58,566 bases of DNA, taken from positions 1 through 58,566 of IMG/VR virus record IMGVR_UViG_3300038312_000195. One strand, 5' to 3'. The stretch is from a virus. Its lineage: Duplodnaviria; Caudoviricetes. The position numbers were made by a program, and so were the translations under genes. Each line of letters starts with the position of its first letter. Positions within the stretch are counted from its first letter, which is position 1. Below the pieces are notes generated by a model, which worked only from the letters and a program-made list of their open reading frames with translations, did not search any database and was not told the origin of the DNA. Positions 8,594 through 17,333 of this stretch are shown here, piece after piece.

Positions 8594-9583
8594 ATGAAAG
8601 ACGAATTTATTATCAAGGTGCTTGATAAAGCATCGGCATTTCTATGCCGAGAGCACATTCAGGAGCTCCGAAACATTCTTGAAGAGGAGCTGTATAATTG
8701 CACAGTTTCAGCTGCTTGTACTGCTCTTGCTGTACTCAATGATCTCCCCGGCCGAGCAATGCTTTTTTTAGCAGCAAAAAAACTAGACGGTTGTTCGCCC
8801 CGGACAATCGAAAATTATAGCCGGATACTACAAAAATTTTGCGGTGTAGTCCATAAAGATGTCGAACAGATTGATAGCATGGATATCAGGCGATACCTGG
8901 CTTTGTACTCTAAGAGAGGCGTAAAGAATAGCACACTGGAGACAATCATTAGTTGCTTAAAAAGCTTTTTTGGATGGTTGGAAAATGAAGAGTATATAAC
9001 CAAGTCACCTATGAGAAAAATAAAAAACATCAAGGTTGAAAAGCGGGTCCGGAAAGCTTTAACCCGTGAAGAATTAGAAATGCTCCGGGATGCTTGCCGA
9101 TCGCTGCGGGAAAAGGCGTTGGTTGAATTTTTTTACTCCACCGGCTGCAGGTTGGATGAAGTACAAAAGTTAAACATTGCGGATGTGGATTGGAACAGTG
9201 GAAAGGCAATGGTCATCGGGAAAGGCGACAAGGAGCGTCCAGTCTATCTGAATGCACGAGCCATACTGCACTTGAAAAAATATCTTGCTTTTAGGAGCGA
9301 CAATAATTCAGCGTTATTTGTCTGCGAAAGAAAACCGCATGACCGATTAGGACGCAGAGCGATTGAAAGAGTGTTTTCAAGCTTAGGTAAAAGAGCTGGA
9401 ATAACTAAATCGGTATATCCTCATTTACTGCGCCACACCACTGCATCCACGATGCTGCAAAACGGTGCTTCATTGGCCGAGGTGCAACATTATCTCGGAC
9501 ATGATTCGCCGACGACTACGCAGATTTACGCCGAGATGGACACCCAAACAATAAAGATGAGTCATCTCAAGCACGTGATATAA
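8594..9583 (+). CDS. Tyrosine recombinase (XerD/integron-integrase-like) between fibre and holin
   Basis: N-terminal SAM-like region; catalytic TGCR, HLLRH, LGH, TTQIY intact. Confidence 0.95.
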   Translation: MKDEFIIKVLDKASAFLCREHIQELRNILEEELYNCTVSAACTALAVLNDLPGRAMLFLAAKKLDGCSPRTIENYSRILQKFCGVVHKDVEQIDSMDIRRYLALYSKRGVKNSTLETIISCLKSFFGWLENEEYITKSPMRKIKNIKVEKRVRKALTREELEMLRDACRSLREKALVEFFYSTGCRLDEVQKLNIADVDWNSGKAMVIGKGDKERPVYLNARAILHLKKYLAFRSDNNSALFVCERKPHDRLGRRAIERVFSSLGKRAGITKSVYPHLLRHTTASTMLQNGASLAEVQHYLGHDSPTTTQIYAEMDTQTIKMSHLKHVI

Positions 9584-9597
9584 ACCAGAAAACAATG

Positions 9598-9623
9598 AGG
9601 ACAGGTTAATAGCCTGTCCTTTT
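9598..9623 (+). terminator. Intrinsic terminator
   Basis: AGGACAGG-ttaatag-CCTGTCCT-TTT; equivalent at 50039-50064. Confidence 0.7.
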
Positions 9624-9665
9624 AAAATACAGAAAAATTAATTATGAAAGTGAGGTTTCTTAGAT

Positions 9666-10136
9666 ATGGAACTTACTCAAAATGCTGGAACAAAAACATT
9701 CCTGGGGTTGATCACTGCAGTTTTAATGTATTTTTGGAACTGCATCACAGAGGTAATGGTGATACTTCTCTTTGTGCTCATCCTGGACTACATAACCGGC
9801 GTTGTTCAAGGTTTTCTCAATGGCGGTTTTAGCTGGGAGAAAGCATGGAAGGGAATCATCAAAAAAGTGATGTATGGTCCCGTTTTAATTATGGGATTTG
9901 CAGCAGATTACATTGTATTATATTTAACTGAAAATGTAGGAATTGAATGGGGTTTGTCTGGTGTAATTGGTATTGCTGCCTGTGTTTATTTAATTGGTAC
10001 GGAGGGATTTAGTATAATTCAGAACCTCCTACTCATCGGTGTGCCAGCTCCGGACTTTCTGCAAAAAATCTTTGGGCTCATGCGTGACAGCGCAGGCAAG
10101 CTTGTCAAAATGCCGAAAAGTGGTGGGGGCGAATGA
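9666..10136 (+). CDS. Holin (phage holin 4 / toxin-secretion family)
   Basis: LDYITG, KGIIKKV, EGFSIIQN..LIGVP motifs; hydrophobic helices; precedes lysin. Confidence 0.9.
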   Translation: MELTQNAGTKTFLGLITAVLMYFWNCITEVMVILLFVLILDYITGVVQGFLNGGFSWEKAWKGIIKKVMYGPVLIMGFAADYIVLYLTENVGIEWGLSGVIGIAACVYLIGTEGFSIIQNLLLIGVPAPDFLQKIFGLMRDSAGKLVKMPKSGGGE

Positions 10137-11206
10137 TAAAAAAAACTAATCTGAAATGGCAAAGACCGTTATCAAAACTTGACCTATTAAAAGTTGACAG
10201 CATAGCCGTTCATCACGCCGCACATCCAACATGGGGAGTTGCGGAAATACACGACTTCCACGGACGACCTGTAGCTGATGGCGGCAGAGGATGGAAAGGT
10301 CATGCCTATGCTTACGAGGTTGACAAAAACGGCGATATTTGGGAAACAAGAGGCTTTGAATACGAGGGCGGCGGTTTGACTGGAAGCCTTAATAAAAGTG
10401 TATTAAGCATTGTTTTCCAAGGTGATTTTGACAAGGAAACAATGGGCGAAAAACAGTTTAATGCTGGAGTATACCTTTTAGCTTACCTGAAAACACAGCT
10501 TAATATTAAGCATATCGCCGGACATAAAACATGGGAAAACACGACATGCCCGGGGATGAATTTCCCGCTTGGCAGCATGACAAATGCAGCTAATAACGCC
10601 GTATATATCATGGGTGAGCCTGAATTGAAAGTTGAGCAGATGCGAAAATTCCTCAGGGGAATAACCCCCAACGCTCCGGACGTCGAGCAGCTATTTCTTG
10701 GCGAGGGTAACATTGAGGGCGTTCGTGGTGATATAGCTTTTTGTCAGGCTATTCATGAGACTGATTATTTCCGCTTTACAGGCACAGCCATGATTGAATG
10801 GAACAATCCGGCAGGGCTGGGCGTGACGGGTCCGGCAGGTGTGGGCAACCGGTTCCCCAGTTGGCAAGAAGGCATAAGGGCGCAGATACAGCACCTGAAA
10901 GCTTATGCACTCAAGCATCCTCTCTTTGCATCCTCTCTTGTGGATCCCAGATATGATGCGCTTGTGGCTGCAGGATATCTTGGAGTAGCTCCAAGATGGA
11001 CAGACTTAAATGGCAAATGGGCTTATCCGGGTACTACATACGGACAGGCTATATTATCCTTGTATCAAAAGGTATCTGCCATAGAAATTGATTCTGACAG
11101 CGAAAAGGCAAAATTACTCACAGCAGAAATAGAATCGCTTAAAAGCGAAAATAAACGTTTACATAACATGCTTAACGAGATACAAGACATTTTGCACAAA
11201 AGATAA
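10133..11206 (+). CDS. Endolysin: Amidase_2 (PGRP-like) + glucosaminidase-like domain
   Basis: VHHAA, GHK..TTCPG amidase motifs; QAIHET, NNPAGLG, LNGKWA glucosaminidase motifs. Confidence 0.85.
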   Translation: MIKKTNLKWQRPLSKLDLLKVDSIAVHHAAHPTWGVAEIHDFHGRPVADGGRGWKGHAYAYEVDKNGDIWETRGFEYEGGGLTGSLNKSVLSIVFQGDFDKETMGEKQFNAGVYLLAYLKTQLNIKHIAGHKTWENTTCPGMNFPLGSMTNAANNAVYIMGEPELKVEQMRKFLRGITPNAPDVEQLFLGEGNIEGVRGDIAFCQAIHETDYFRFTGTAMIEWNNPAGLGVTGPAGVGNRFPSWQEGIRAQIQHLKAYALKHPLFASSLVDPRYDALVAAGYLGVAPRWTDLNGKWAYPGTTYGQAILSLYQKVSAIEIDSDSEKAKLLTAEIESLKSENKRLHNMLNEIQDILHKR

Positions 11207-11230
11207 AACATGATGCACCTCCTTTTTACT

Positions 11231-11258
11231 GCCTCGGCTCCGGCCGGGGCTTTTTTTT
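11231..11258 (+). terminator. Intrinsic terminator after lysin
   Basis: GCCTCGGC-tccg-GCCGGGGC-T8; same hairpin at 51668-51693. Confidence 0.85.
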
Positions 11259-11259
11259 A

Positions 11260-11790
11260 TTAATGATACAAAGAATTCCACAGTTCTATAGGATCATATT
11301 TTTTGTATATGTATGCTTTTACTTTATCAAACTCATTCATTGACCATTCCATTTTTTTTGATTTTTTAATATATGTATTCAATACTGGTGCCAATGAATT
11401 ACTTATAGCAAGTGTGCGAACACAATCGGTAGAAGAATAAAGTTTAAATATCAATTGTTCTTGAGCAGCTAACTTATTAACATGTTTTTCAGGTGCATAA
11501 TAATTAAGCCAAGAATCATATGTCATATCCGGATTATTTTCAAACCGAACCATTACTAAGGCACCAATAGCATTTGTTATTCCTTCAAATATACCAAACC
11601 TAACTTGCACCATAGGATACCGTCCGATTTTTTTCAGATACTTTTCCTCTTCTCTTATCAAAAAAACGAATTTCGTGTCGTCCGGAGAGTTTCCTCCGAC
11701 GCCGAAAAGCATCATTCCTGGCTCAACAGTCTTAATTAATTCAAAAGGATCTACAAACATATTATTTATCCTTTCCTTTATATCGTTCAA
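11260..11790 (-). CDS. Hypothetical protein (moron)
   Basis: 176-aa ORF overlapping the RHH gene, convergent on the lysin terminator. Confidence 0.7.
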   Translation of the reverse strand: MNDIKERINNMFVDPFELIKTVEPGMMLFGVGGNSPDDTKFVFLIREEEKYLKKIGRYPMVQVRFGIFEGITNAIGALVMVRFENNPDMTYDSWLNYYAPEKHVNKLAAQEQLIFKLYSSTDCVRTLAISNSLAPVLNTYIKKSKKMEWSMNEFDKVKAYIYKKYDPIELWNSLYH

Positions 11791-11950
11791 AAAACTCGGT
11801 CAAAGCCCGATCACAAATTCTGGTTTTTGGAATGCCTGTTTCTTTAGAATATTTATCAAGTCGTTCGAGTATTTCGATGTCGATAGCAATATTTATTACT
11901 TTTCTATTTTTTAAGTCTTTAACTCCCATGTCCATTACCTCCTGTAACAC
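11762..11950 (-). CDS. Ribbon-helix-helix regulator
   Basis: INIAIDIEILERLDKYSKETGIPKTRICDRAL is a typical RHH pattern. Confidence 0.85.
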   Translation of the reverse strand: MLQEVMDMGVKDLKNRKVINIAIDIEILERLDKYSKETGIPKTRICDRALTEFFERYKGKDK

Positions 11951-11953
11951 TAG

Positions 11954-12026
11954 TATACTATATACTAGCTATCTACGTCAATATTTAAAAAAACTATTGA
12001 CACACTATATACGTATATAGTATAAT
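11954..12026. promoter_or_regulatory. Divergent promoters with palindromic operator
   Basis: + strand TTGACA(11997)-18 bp-TATAAT(12021) containing the perfect palindrome ACTATATACGTATATAGT (12004-12021); - strand TTGACG-18 bp-TATACT with a related sequence. Confidence 0.7.
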
Positions 12027-12037
12027 AATAATAGAAA

Positions 12038-13288
12038 ATGAGGGAGGTACGAGGTATTATGATGATGGAGTTTATTTGCGAAAAGTGTCAAAAAGAATAT
12101 TCTCGGGTGACCTATACTGCCCGAGACAGTAAGCAGACAAAGGAATATTGGAGAGAAAAAGCAGGTACGGAATACGGACTGTGTTATGATTGCTATCAGG
12201 AACAAAAGCAACAGGAAAGAGCAAAAGCCAGCATGGAAGCTGCAGCAAAAGCGAAAGAAATAAATCTTCCCGAACTCCAAGGCAGCGAAAAGCAGGTTGC
12301 ATGGGCGAACGTCCTACGTCAGAATTTTATTGAGGCTTATGAGCAGAAAATAGAAAAAATCAGTACGGTACCAGAAGAAGAAATCATTGAAAAGGTGCGG
12401 CGGTCTGGCGAATTAGTTCATGCTTCCCCTGAAGAAATCGAAAAAAAGTGCAATCAGGTAATAGAAGACCGAGAAAAGGTTATTGCTACAATGTTTGAAG
12501 CACTTCATTATGTTCTTTCAAATAAAACTGAATCAAAGTGGTATATTGATAATCGTGACGAGAATCCAACTAGACGCTCCTTAGTGGAGGAAATGGAAGC
12601 TTCGAAATCTATTAAGCCTGTTCCAGAAGAAATCGTCCGGGATGCAACTGTTGAGGCAACAATAGTGCCTGAAAATGCAATTACACCAGTAGTCGCTGAA
12701 ATAAAAATATCAGATGACAAGATAGTTTCCATATTTGAGAAAAATGATACTTTTATTGCGGTTGTTAAGGCTTTGAATTATAAATGGAGCGGCTCAGCTT
12801 GGGAAAGAAAAATTAATGAGTTAACCGGATTGGCTGCAGATAGAGCCGCAGAGTTGGGTAACAAGCTTTTGAATGCTGGAATACCAATAATAATTATGGA
12901 TGAAGCAATAAGGGATGCAGCTATACAAGGAGAATATGAACCCGAATGTAATCGTTGGGTATTGAAAGTAAAAGATGAAGAAAAACTAAAAATTAAGTGG
13001 TGGGAAAAAAACGACAGATTGTATCAGGTTGCAAGAAAACTCCCCGGAAGTAAGTGGGATAGCGGAGTTATAATTAATATCGCTCATTATAAAGAAGTTG
13101 AGGAATTTGCGAGCTTATATGGTTTTATGTTTGCTAAAAATGCAAAAAAAGCAATCGAAAATGAAAAGGAAAGATTAGCGAACATAACCACTGTGCGGCC
13201 GGTTACTTCAAAAGTAACGGAAGAAAAGGATGGGCTAAAAGAAATACTTAATTCGGGAAGTGATATTCTTGATGACCTTAAAGACTAA
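12038..13288 (+). CDS. Hypothetical protein with Zn-finger-like N-terminus and LQGSEKQVAWA motif
   Basis: CEKC...CYDC; first gene of an overlapping operon; likely start ATG 12059. Confidence 0.75.
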   Translation: MREVRGIMMMEFICEKCQKEYSRVTYTARDSKQTKEYWREKAGTEYGLCYDCYQEQKQQERAKASMEAAAKAKEINLPELQGSEKQVAWANVLRQNFIEAYEQKIEKISTVPEEEIIEKVRRSGELVHASPEEIEKKCNQVIEDREKVIATMFEALHYVLSNKTESKWYIDNRDENPTRRSLVEEMEASKSIKPVPEEIVRDATVEATIVPENAITPVVAEIKISDDKIVSIFEKNDTFIAVVKALNYKWSGSAWERKINELTGLAADRAAELGNKLLNAGIPIIIMDEAIRDAAIQGEYEPECNRWVLKVKDEEKLKIKWWEKNDRLYQVARKLPGSKWDSGVIINIAHYKEVEEFASLYGFMFAKNAKKAIENEKERLANITTVRPVTSKVTEEKDGLKEILNSGSDILDDLKD

Positions 13289-14732
13289 ACTCTTACCACA
13301 TCAAATACAAGCCGTGGAGAAGCTTCGGCACATCAAAGTCGGAGCTCTCTACATGGAGATGGGAACAGGTAAAACCAGAACAGCACTTGAACTCATAAAC
13401 ATAAGACTGGAAGATGAAAAGGTGGATCATGTGCTTTGGCTATGCCCATGCTCTGTAAAGGAAAACCTCCGGCGTGATATTATAAAACATGCAGGCAGCA
13501 CACAGGGAATAACCGTCTGCGGCATAGAGACGCTTTCGAGCAGCATCAGGGAAAATGTCAGGCTTTTGAAACTTGTACAGTCAAAACGAGTATTCTTGGT
13601 AGTAGATGAGAGCAATCTTGTTAAAAATCACCATGCGCTTAGGACAAAGAACATTATCAGGCTCAGTGAATATTGCAAATACAAGCTGATTTTGAACGGT
13701 ACACCTATCAGTAAATGTGAAAAGGATCTGTTCGCTCAGTGGTATATTCTGGATTGGCGTATCCTTGGATACAGGTCTTTCTGGAGTTTTGCTGCAAATC
13801 ACCTTGAATATGACAATAGAATCAGGGGTCGCATCGTGAAAGCATTGAATGTAGATTACCTAGTACGCAAAATAGTGCCATATACATATCAGGTCAAAAA
13901 ATCAGAATGTCTTTCACTGCCATCAAAGACATATAGCACAGAATACTATTATCTTACAGAAGAGCAGAGTGACCATTATTGTGTAGTAGCTGATGAACTG
14001 ATGTTTAAAATAGATGATATGGAACCTTGCACTATATATAGATTGTTCGCCGGACTGCAAAATGTTATATCCGGATTCAGAGTAAACCTTAACGAAAAAC
14101 GGATGCAGCGGAAACCGTTTTTTGAAAATCCTATGGATAACCCGAGGATGCAATTGCTTTTTGAGCTTTTGGATAAAACAGACGAAAAGGTTATTGTATT
14201 TTGCAAATATACAAAAGAAATACAAGACATTGTATCCATTGCAAACAAGAAATATGGTAAAGGAACCGCTGTTTCCTTTTACGGGGAGCTTAATCAGAAA
14301 AAGAGGCAGGAAAGCATACAGGCGTTTGAAAATAACTCAAGGATTTTCGTTGCCAATAAGACCTGTGCTGGGTACGGCTTGAACCTCCAATTTTGTAGCT
14401 ATGTGATATACTATAATAATGACTGGGACTATGCGACAAGAGCCCAAAGCGAAGACAGGGTACACCGCATAGGCCAGAGCCATAACGTTCATATTATAGA
14501 CATTTGCGCATCTAATACCCTGGACGAAAGGATTTTAAGCTGCCTATGGAGGAAAGAAAATTTAGTAGATAGTTTTAAGAAAGAGATAGAACAGCAAAAG
14601 GACAAAGAGTCTTTTGTTAAACTATTTATTTACGGAGAAGATTACAAAGGGCGCTTGAAAGTGCGAGATACACGCATGGAAAGAACCGAAGCGTTGGAGG
14701 AGTTGAAAGAGGATGCCCAAAATCTACAATAA
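13260..14732 (+). CDS. SNF2-family SF2 helicase/ATPase
   Basis: MGTGKT, VVDES, LNGTP, GYGLNLQ, QSEDRVHRIGQ motifs. Confidence 0.92.
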   Translation: MIFLMTLKTKLLPHQIQAVEKLRHIKVGALYMEMGTGKTRTALELINIRLEDEKVDHVLWLCPCSVKENLRRDIIKHAGSTQGITVCGIETLSSSIRENVRLLKLVQSKRVFLVVDESNLVKNHHALRTKNIIRLSEYCKYKLILNGTPISKCEKDLFAQWYILDWRILGYRSFWSFAANHLEYDNRIRGRIVKALNVDYLVRKIVPYTYQVKKSECLSLPSKTYSTEYYYLTEEQSDHYCVVADELMFKIDDMEPCTIYRLFAGLQNVISGFRVNLNEKRMQRKPFFENPMDNPRMQLLFELLDKTDEKVIVFCKYTKEIQDIVSIANKKYGKGTAVSFYGELNQKKRQESIQAFENNSRIFVANKTCAGYGLNLQFCSYVIYYNNDWDYATRAQSEDRVHRIGQSHNVHIIDICASNTLDERILSCLWRKENLVDSFKKEIEQQKDKESFVKLFIYGEDYKGRLKVRDTRMERTEALEELKEDAQNLQ

Positions 14733-16014
14733 TAAAAATGTTTTGGATGCTGCATTAGAAAGATATGATATTATATTTAATAATTTTGATAATATTTATT
14801 TTTCAGTTTCTGGGGGTAAAGATAGCTCGGTCATGTTACAGTTAGCAGCTAGGAAAGCAAGAGAACACGACAAGAAGATTGATATTTTATTTATTGACTT
14901 GGAGGCACAATATAAGGCCACAATAGACCACGTCAATGAACTGTTATTCAATGAATGCAACGATGTTATTCGTACAATATACTGGGTGTGCCTTCCGGTG
15001 TCTCTCAGAAACGCTGTTTCAATACTTCAACCAAAATGGACATGCTGGGATGAAAAGGATAGAGACAAATGGGTACGTAACATGCCAAAGGTAGCTATCA
15101 ACATAGACAACTGTCCTTGGGAGTGGTTTAAGTATCAGATGGAGTTCGAGGAATTTATTGTACTTTTTGCAGAATGGTATAGCCAAAAATATGGTTTGTC
15201 AGCTGCAGGGATAGGCATCCGTTCCGATGAAAGCCTGAATCGTTTCAGGACGATTATTAACGAAGATAAAGAACGCTGGAAAGATTACGGATGGACTACA
15301 AGGGTAAAGGTTCGTCAATCTCCTACGGATTGTTACAACTTTTTTCCGCTTTACGATTGGCGCACGGAGGACATATGGGGAGCTGTCACAAAGTTGAATT
15401 TGAAGTTTAACGAAATTTATGAGCTCATGTATAAAAATGGGCTAAGCATTCATGAACAACGCCTTTGCCAGCCGTATGGTGATGACCAGAGGAACGGGCT
15501 TGACCAATTTAAAGCTTTGGAACCCGAAACATGGGAAAAGGTTTTGAGCCGGGTTAATGGCGTAAATTTTGGGAACATATATGCACGTACAAGCTTATTG
15601 GGAAACCTGAGGACAGAGAAGCCAGAGCATATGTCTTGGGAGCAATACGCAATTTATCTTTTAGAGAGTATCCGTCTATATGCACCGGAGCTGGAAGACC
15701 ACTATTACAGAAAGATTAAAACTTTTTTGGGATGGTGGGACAAGAATAGAGGGGTGACTGTAGATAAGATTATTGATTTCGGGACTAGCAAACAAGAATC
15801 TAACACGGAAATTCCTTCATGGCGGAGAATTGCCAGGGCGATAGAAAAAAATGATTTTTGGATGAAGCGTTTGTCATTCTCTGCAACAAAGGGAGACGTT
15901 GAGAGGTTGAACAAATTAAAGGAGAAATACCGAAAAATTATCGGTGATGGTAAGGTAGATAAGGATATGGAACGATGGGAAAGGGGTGAGCTGTTTGCAG
16001 ATAAAAAAGTATGA
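14713..16014 (+). CDS. ibrA: PAPS-reductase-family protein with DUF3440 (IbrA/YbdN-like)
   Basis: SGGKDS PP-loop, GIRSDESLNRF, PLYDWRTEDIW, QRLCQPYGDDQR, PSWRRI motifs. Confidence 0.85.
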   Translation: MPKIYNNKNVLDAALERYDIIFNNFDNIYFSVSGGKDSSVMLQLAARKAREHDKKIDILFIDLEAQYKATIDHVNELLFNECNDVIRTIYWVCLPVSLRNAVSILQPKWTCWDEKDRDKWVRNMPKVAINIDNCPWEWFKYQMEFEEFIVLFAEWYSQKYGLSAAGIGIRSDESLNRFRTIINEDKERWKDYGWTTRVKVRQSPTDCYNFFPLYDWRTEDIWGAVTKLNLKFNEIYELMYKNGLSIHEQRLCQPYGDDQRNGLDQFKALEPETWEKVLSRVNGVNFGNIYARTSLLGNLRTEKPEHMSWEQYAIYLLESIRLYAPELEDHYYRKIKTFLGWWDKNRGVTVDKIIDFGTSKQESNTEIPSWRRIARAIEKNDFWMKRLSFSATKGDVERLNKLKEKYRKIIGDGKVDKDMERWERGELFADKKV

Positions 16015-16408
16015 AGGGAATTATGATAAAGCAGAATTTTACAGCATCATGGGCAAGTACTTTGCTGAAAAGAAATACAAAAAGGAAATGCCTTATCTTG
16101 AAAACAGTGAAAATCATATCTGGTTCGTAGCATTTTTTGAGGGTGAAGTTATTGGCTTCGGTTCAGTCACAAAACTCAAAAGAAAAACGGTACTTAGTCA
16201 TTCATATGTTGAGGAAGATCACAGACGACAAGGCGTGTGGAACACTATAAACGAGAAAAGGCTTACACATGCACAGAGAATCGGAAAGCCTATAGAAGTC
16301 ATTACAAAGGAACCTCACCTAAAGGAATACTGGATGGAAAAAGGGTTCTCTGTTTACCGCACGAATGGCAGATATTCATATTTAAGGAGGATTGACAATG
16401 AAAATTGA
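15986..16408 (+). CDS. GNAT-fold acetyltransferase-like protein
   Basis: VIGFG, YVEEDHRRQGV acetyl-CoA loop, KGF motif. Confidence 0.75.
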   Translation: MSCLQIKKYEGNYDKAEFYSIMGKYFAEKKYKKEMPYLENSENHIWFVAFFEGEVIGFGSVTKLKRKTVLSHSYVEEDHRRQGVWNTINEKRLTHAQRIGKPIEVITKEPHLKEYWMEKGFSVYRTNGRYSYLRRIDNEN

Positions 16409-16922
16409 TTTCCCTTGTCTTGGCGTAAAGCTTGTACCAATAGAAAAAGTTGTTGCAAACGATTATAATCCTAATGTTGTCGCAACTCCTGAAATGAAGT
16501 TGCTTGAATTGTCTATAATATTAGATGGAGTTACAATGCCGATTGTGACATATTATGACCAAGAACAAGATATTTATTATGTTGTAGACGGGTTCCACAG
16601 ATACACTATACTTAAAATGCTAAAATGTGACGTTGCTCCAATTGTAACGATAGATAAGCCTTTGGATGAGCGCATGGGCAGTACTATCAGGCACAACAGG
16701 GCAAGAGGCACTCATCAAATTCGTAACATGAGTGACCTTGTTCTTGAACTTACAAAAACAGGATGGGATGAAGCTGAAATATGTAAAAAGCTTGGCATGG
16801 AGCTTGATGAAGTTATCAGGCTAAAACAGATAACCGGACTAAAAGAAGCATTTGCTAATCATGAATTCAGTAAAAGCTGGGAAGAATACGAAGCCAAAAG
16901 ACCTAAGGAGGGGACATTATGA
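16398..16922 (+). CDS. ibrB: ParB/Srx-domain protein (IbrB/YbdM-like)
   Basis: ANDYNPN, VVDGFHRY, STIRHNRARGTH motifs. Confidence 0.88.
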   Translation: MKIDFPCLGVKLVPIEKVVANDYNPNVVATPEMKLLELSIILDGVTMPIVTYYDQEQDIYYVVDGFHRYTILKMLKCDVAPIVTIDKPLDERMGSTIRHNRARGTHQIRNMSDLVLELTKTGWDEAEICKKLGMELDEVIRLKQITGLKEAFANHEFSKSWEEYEAKRPKEGTL

Positions 16923-17047
16923 AACGGACACAGATATACTTACCGGATACACTAATTAGAAAATTAGAAGTCCAATCAAAGGAAAAAGGATTTTCTAAGG
17001 GAGAAGTAATCCGGATAGCAATTGAGGAATATTTTAAAGGAAGCTAA
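16919..17047 (+). CDS. CopG/RHH regulator, 42 aa (not in ORF track)
   Basis: MKRTQIYLPDTLIRKLEVQSKEKGFSKGEVIRIAIEEYFKGS; RBS AAGGAGG upstream. Confidence 0.8.
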   Translation: MKRTQIYLPDTLIRKLEVQSKEKGFSKGEVIRIAIEEYFKGS

Positions 17048-17061
17048 TTGAGCTTCCTTTC
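17036..17061 (+). terminator. Terminator closing the accessory operon
   Basis: AAAGGAAGCT-aattg-AGCTTCCTTT. Confidence 0.6.
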
Positions 17062-17285
17062 TATTTAATCATAAAACGTTTACTCATATAAAAACATGGT
17101 GCGATATAATGCGGGTTCTGGCATGGTTGATTTTATAGGTAGTTAACGTCCTATGTTTGGATATCGGTAATGGCTATTTATCGGGGCTATCTAGTCAAAT
17201 AGCAGACATGCAATTGTTGGGGAAAACAGAGGAAGTAAGGGAGGATGTCTTGCATCCGACCTTACGACATGTATGTTTTAAAACA

Positions 17286-17325
17286 CAGATTCTGACTGAC
17301 TATGTGCATGGTCAAACAGAATCTG
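17286..17325. mobile_element. attP-like site of serine integrase X
   Basis: CAGATTCTG ac TGAC tatg TG catg GTCA aa CAGAATCTG imperfect inverted repeat, 8 bp from the integrase stop. Confidence 0.65.
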
Positions 17326-17333
17326 CAAAACAG

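Noticed and set aside
7028-9583. Classical invertible tail-fibre shufflon (Gin/Cin/Rci type)
   Set aside because: No inverted alternative tip ORFs and no inverted pair of matching cores near either recombinase.
11205-11225. Minus-strand RBS+ATG (AGGAGGTGCATCATG) after both lysins as a type I toxin gene
   Set aside because: In Y the frame stops after 5 codons and in X it runs antisense into the lysin; no conserved peptide.
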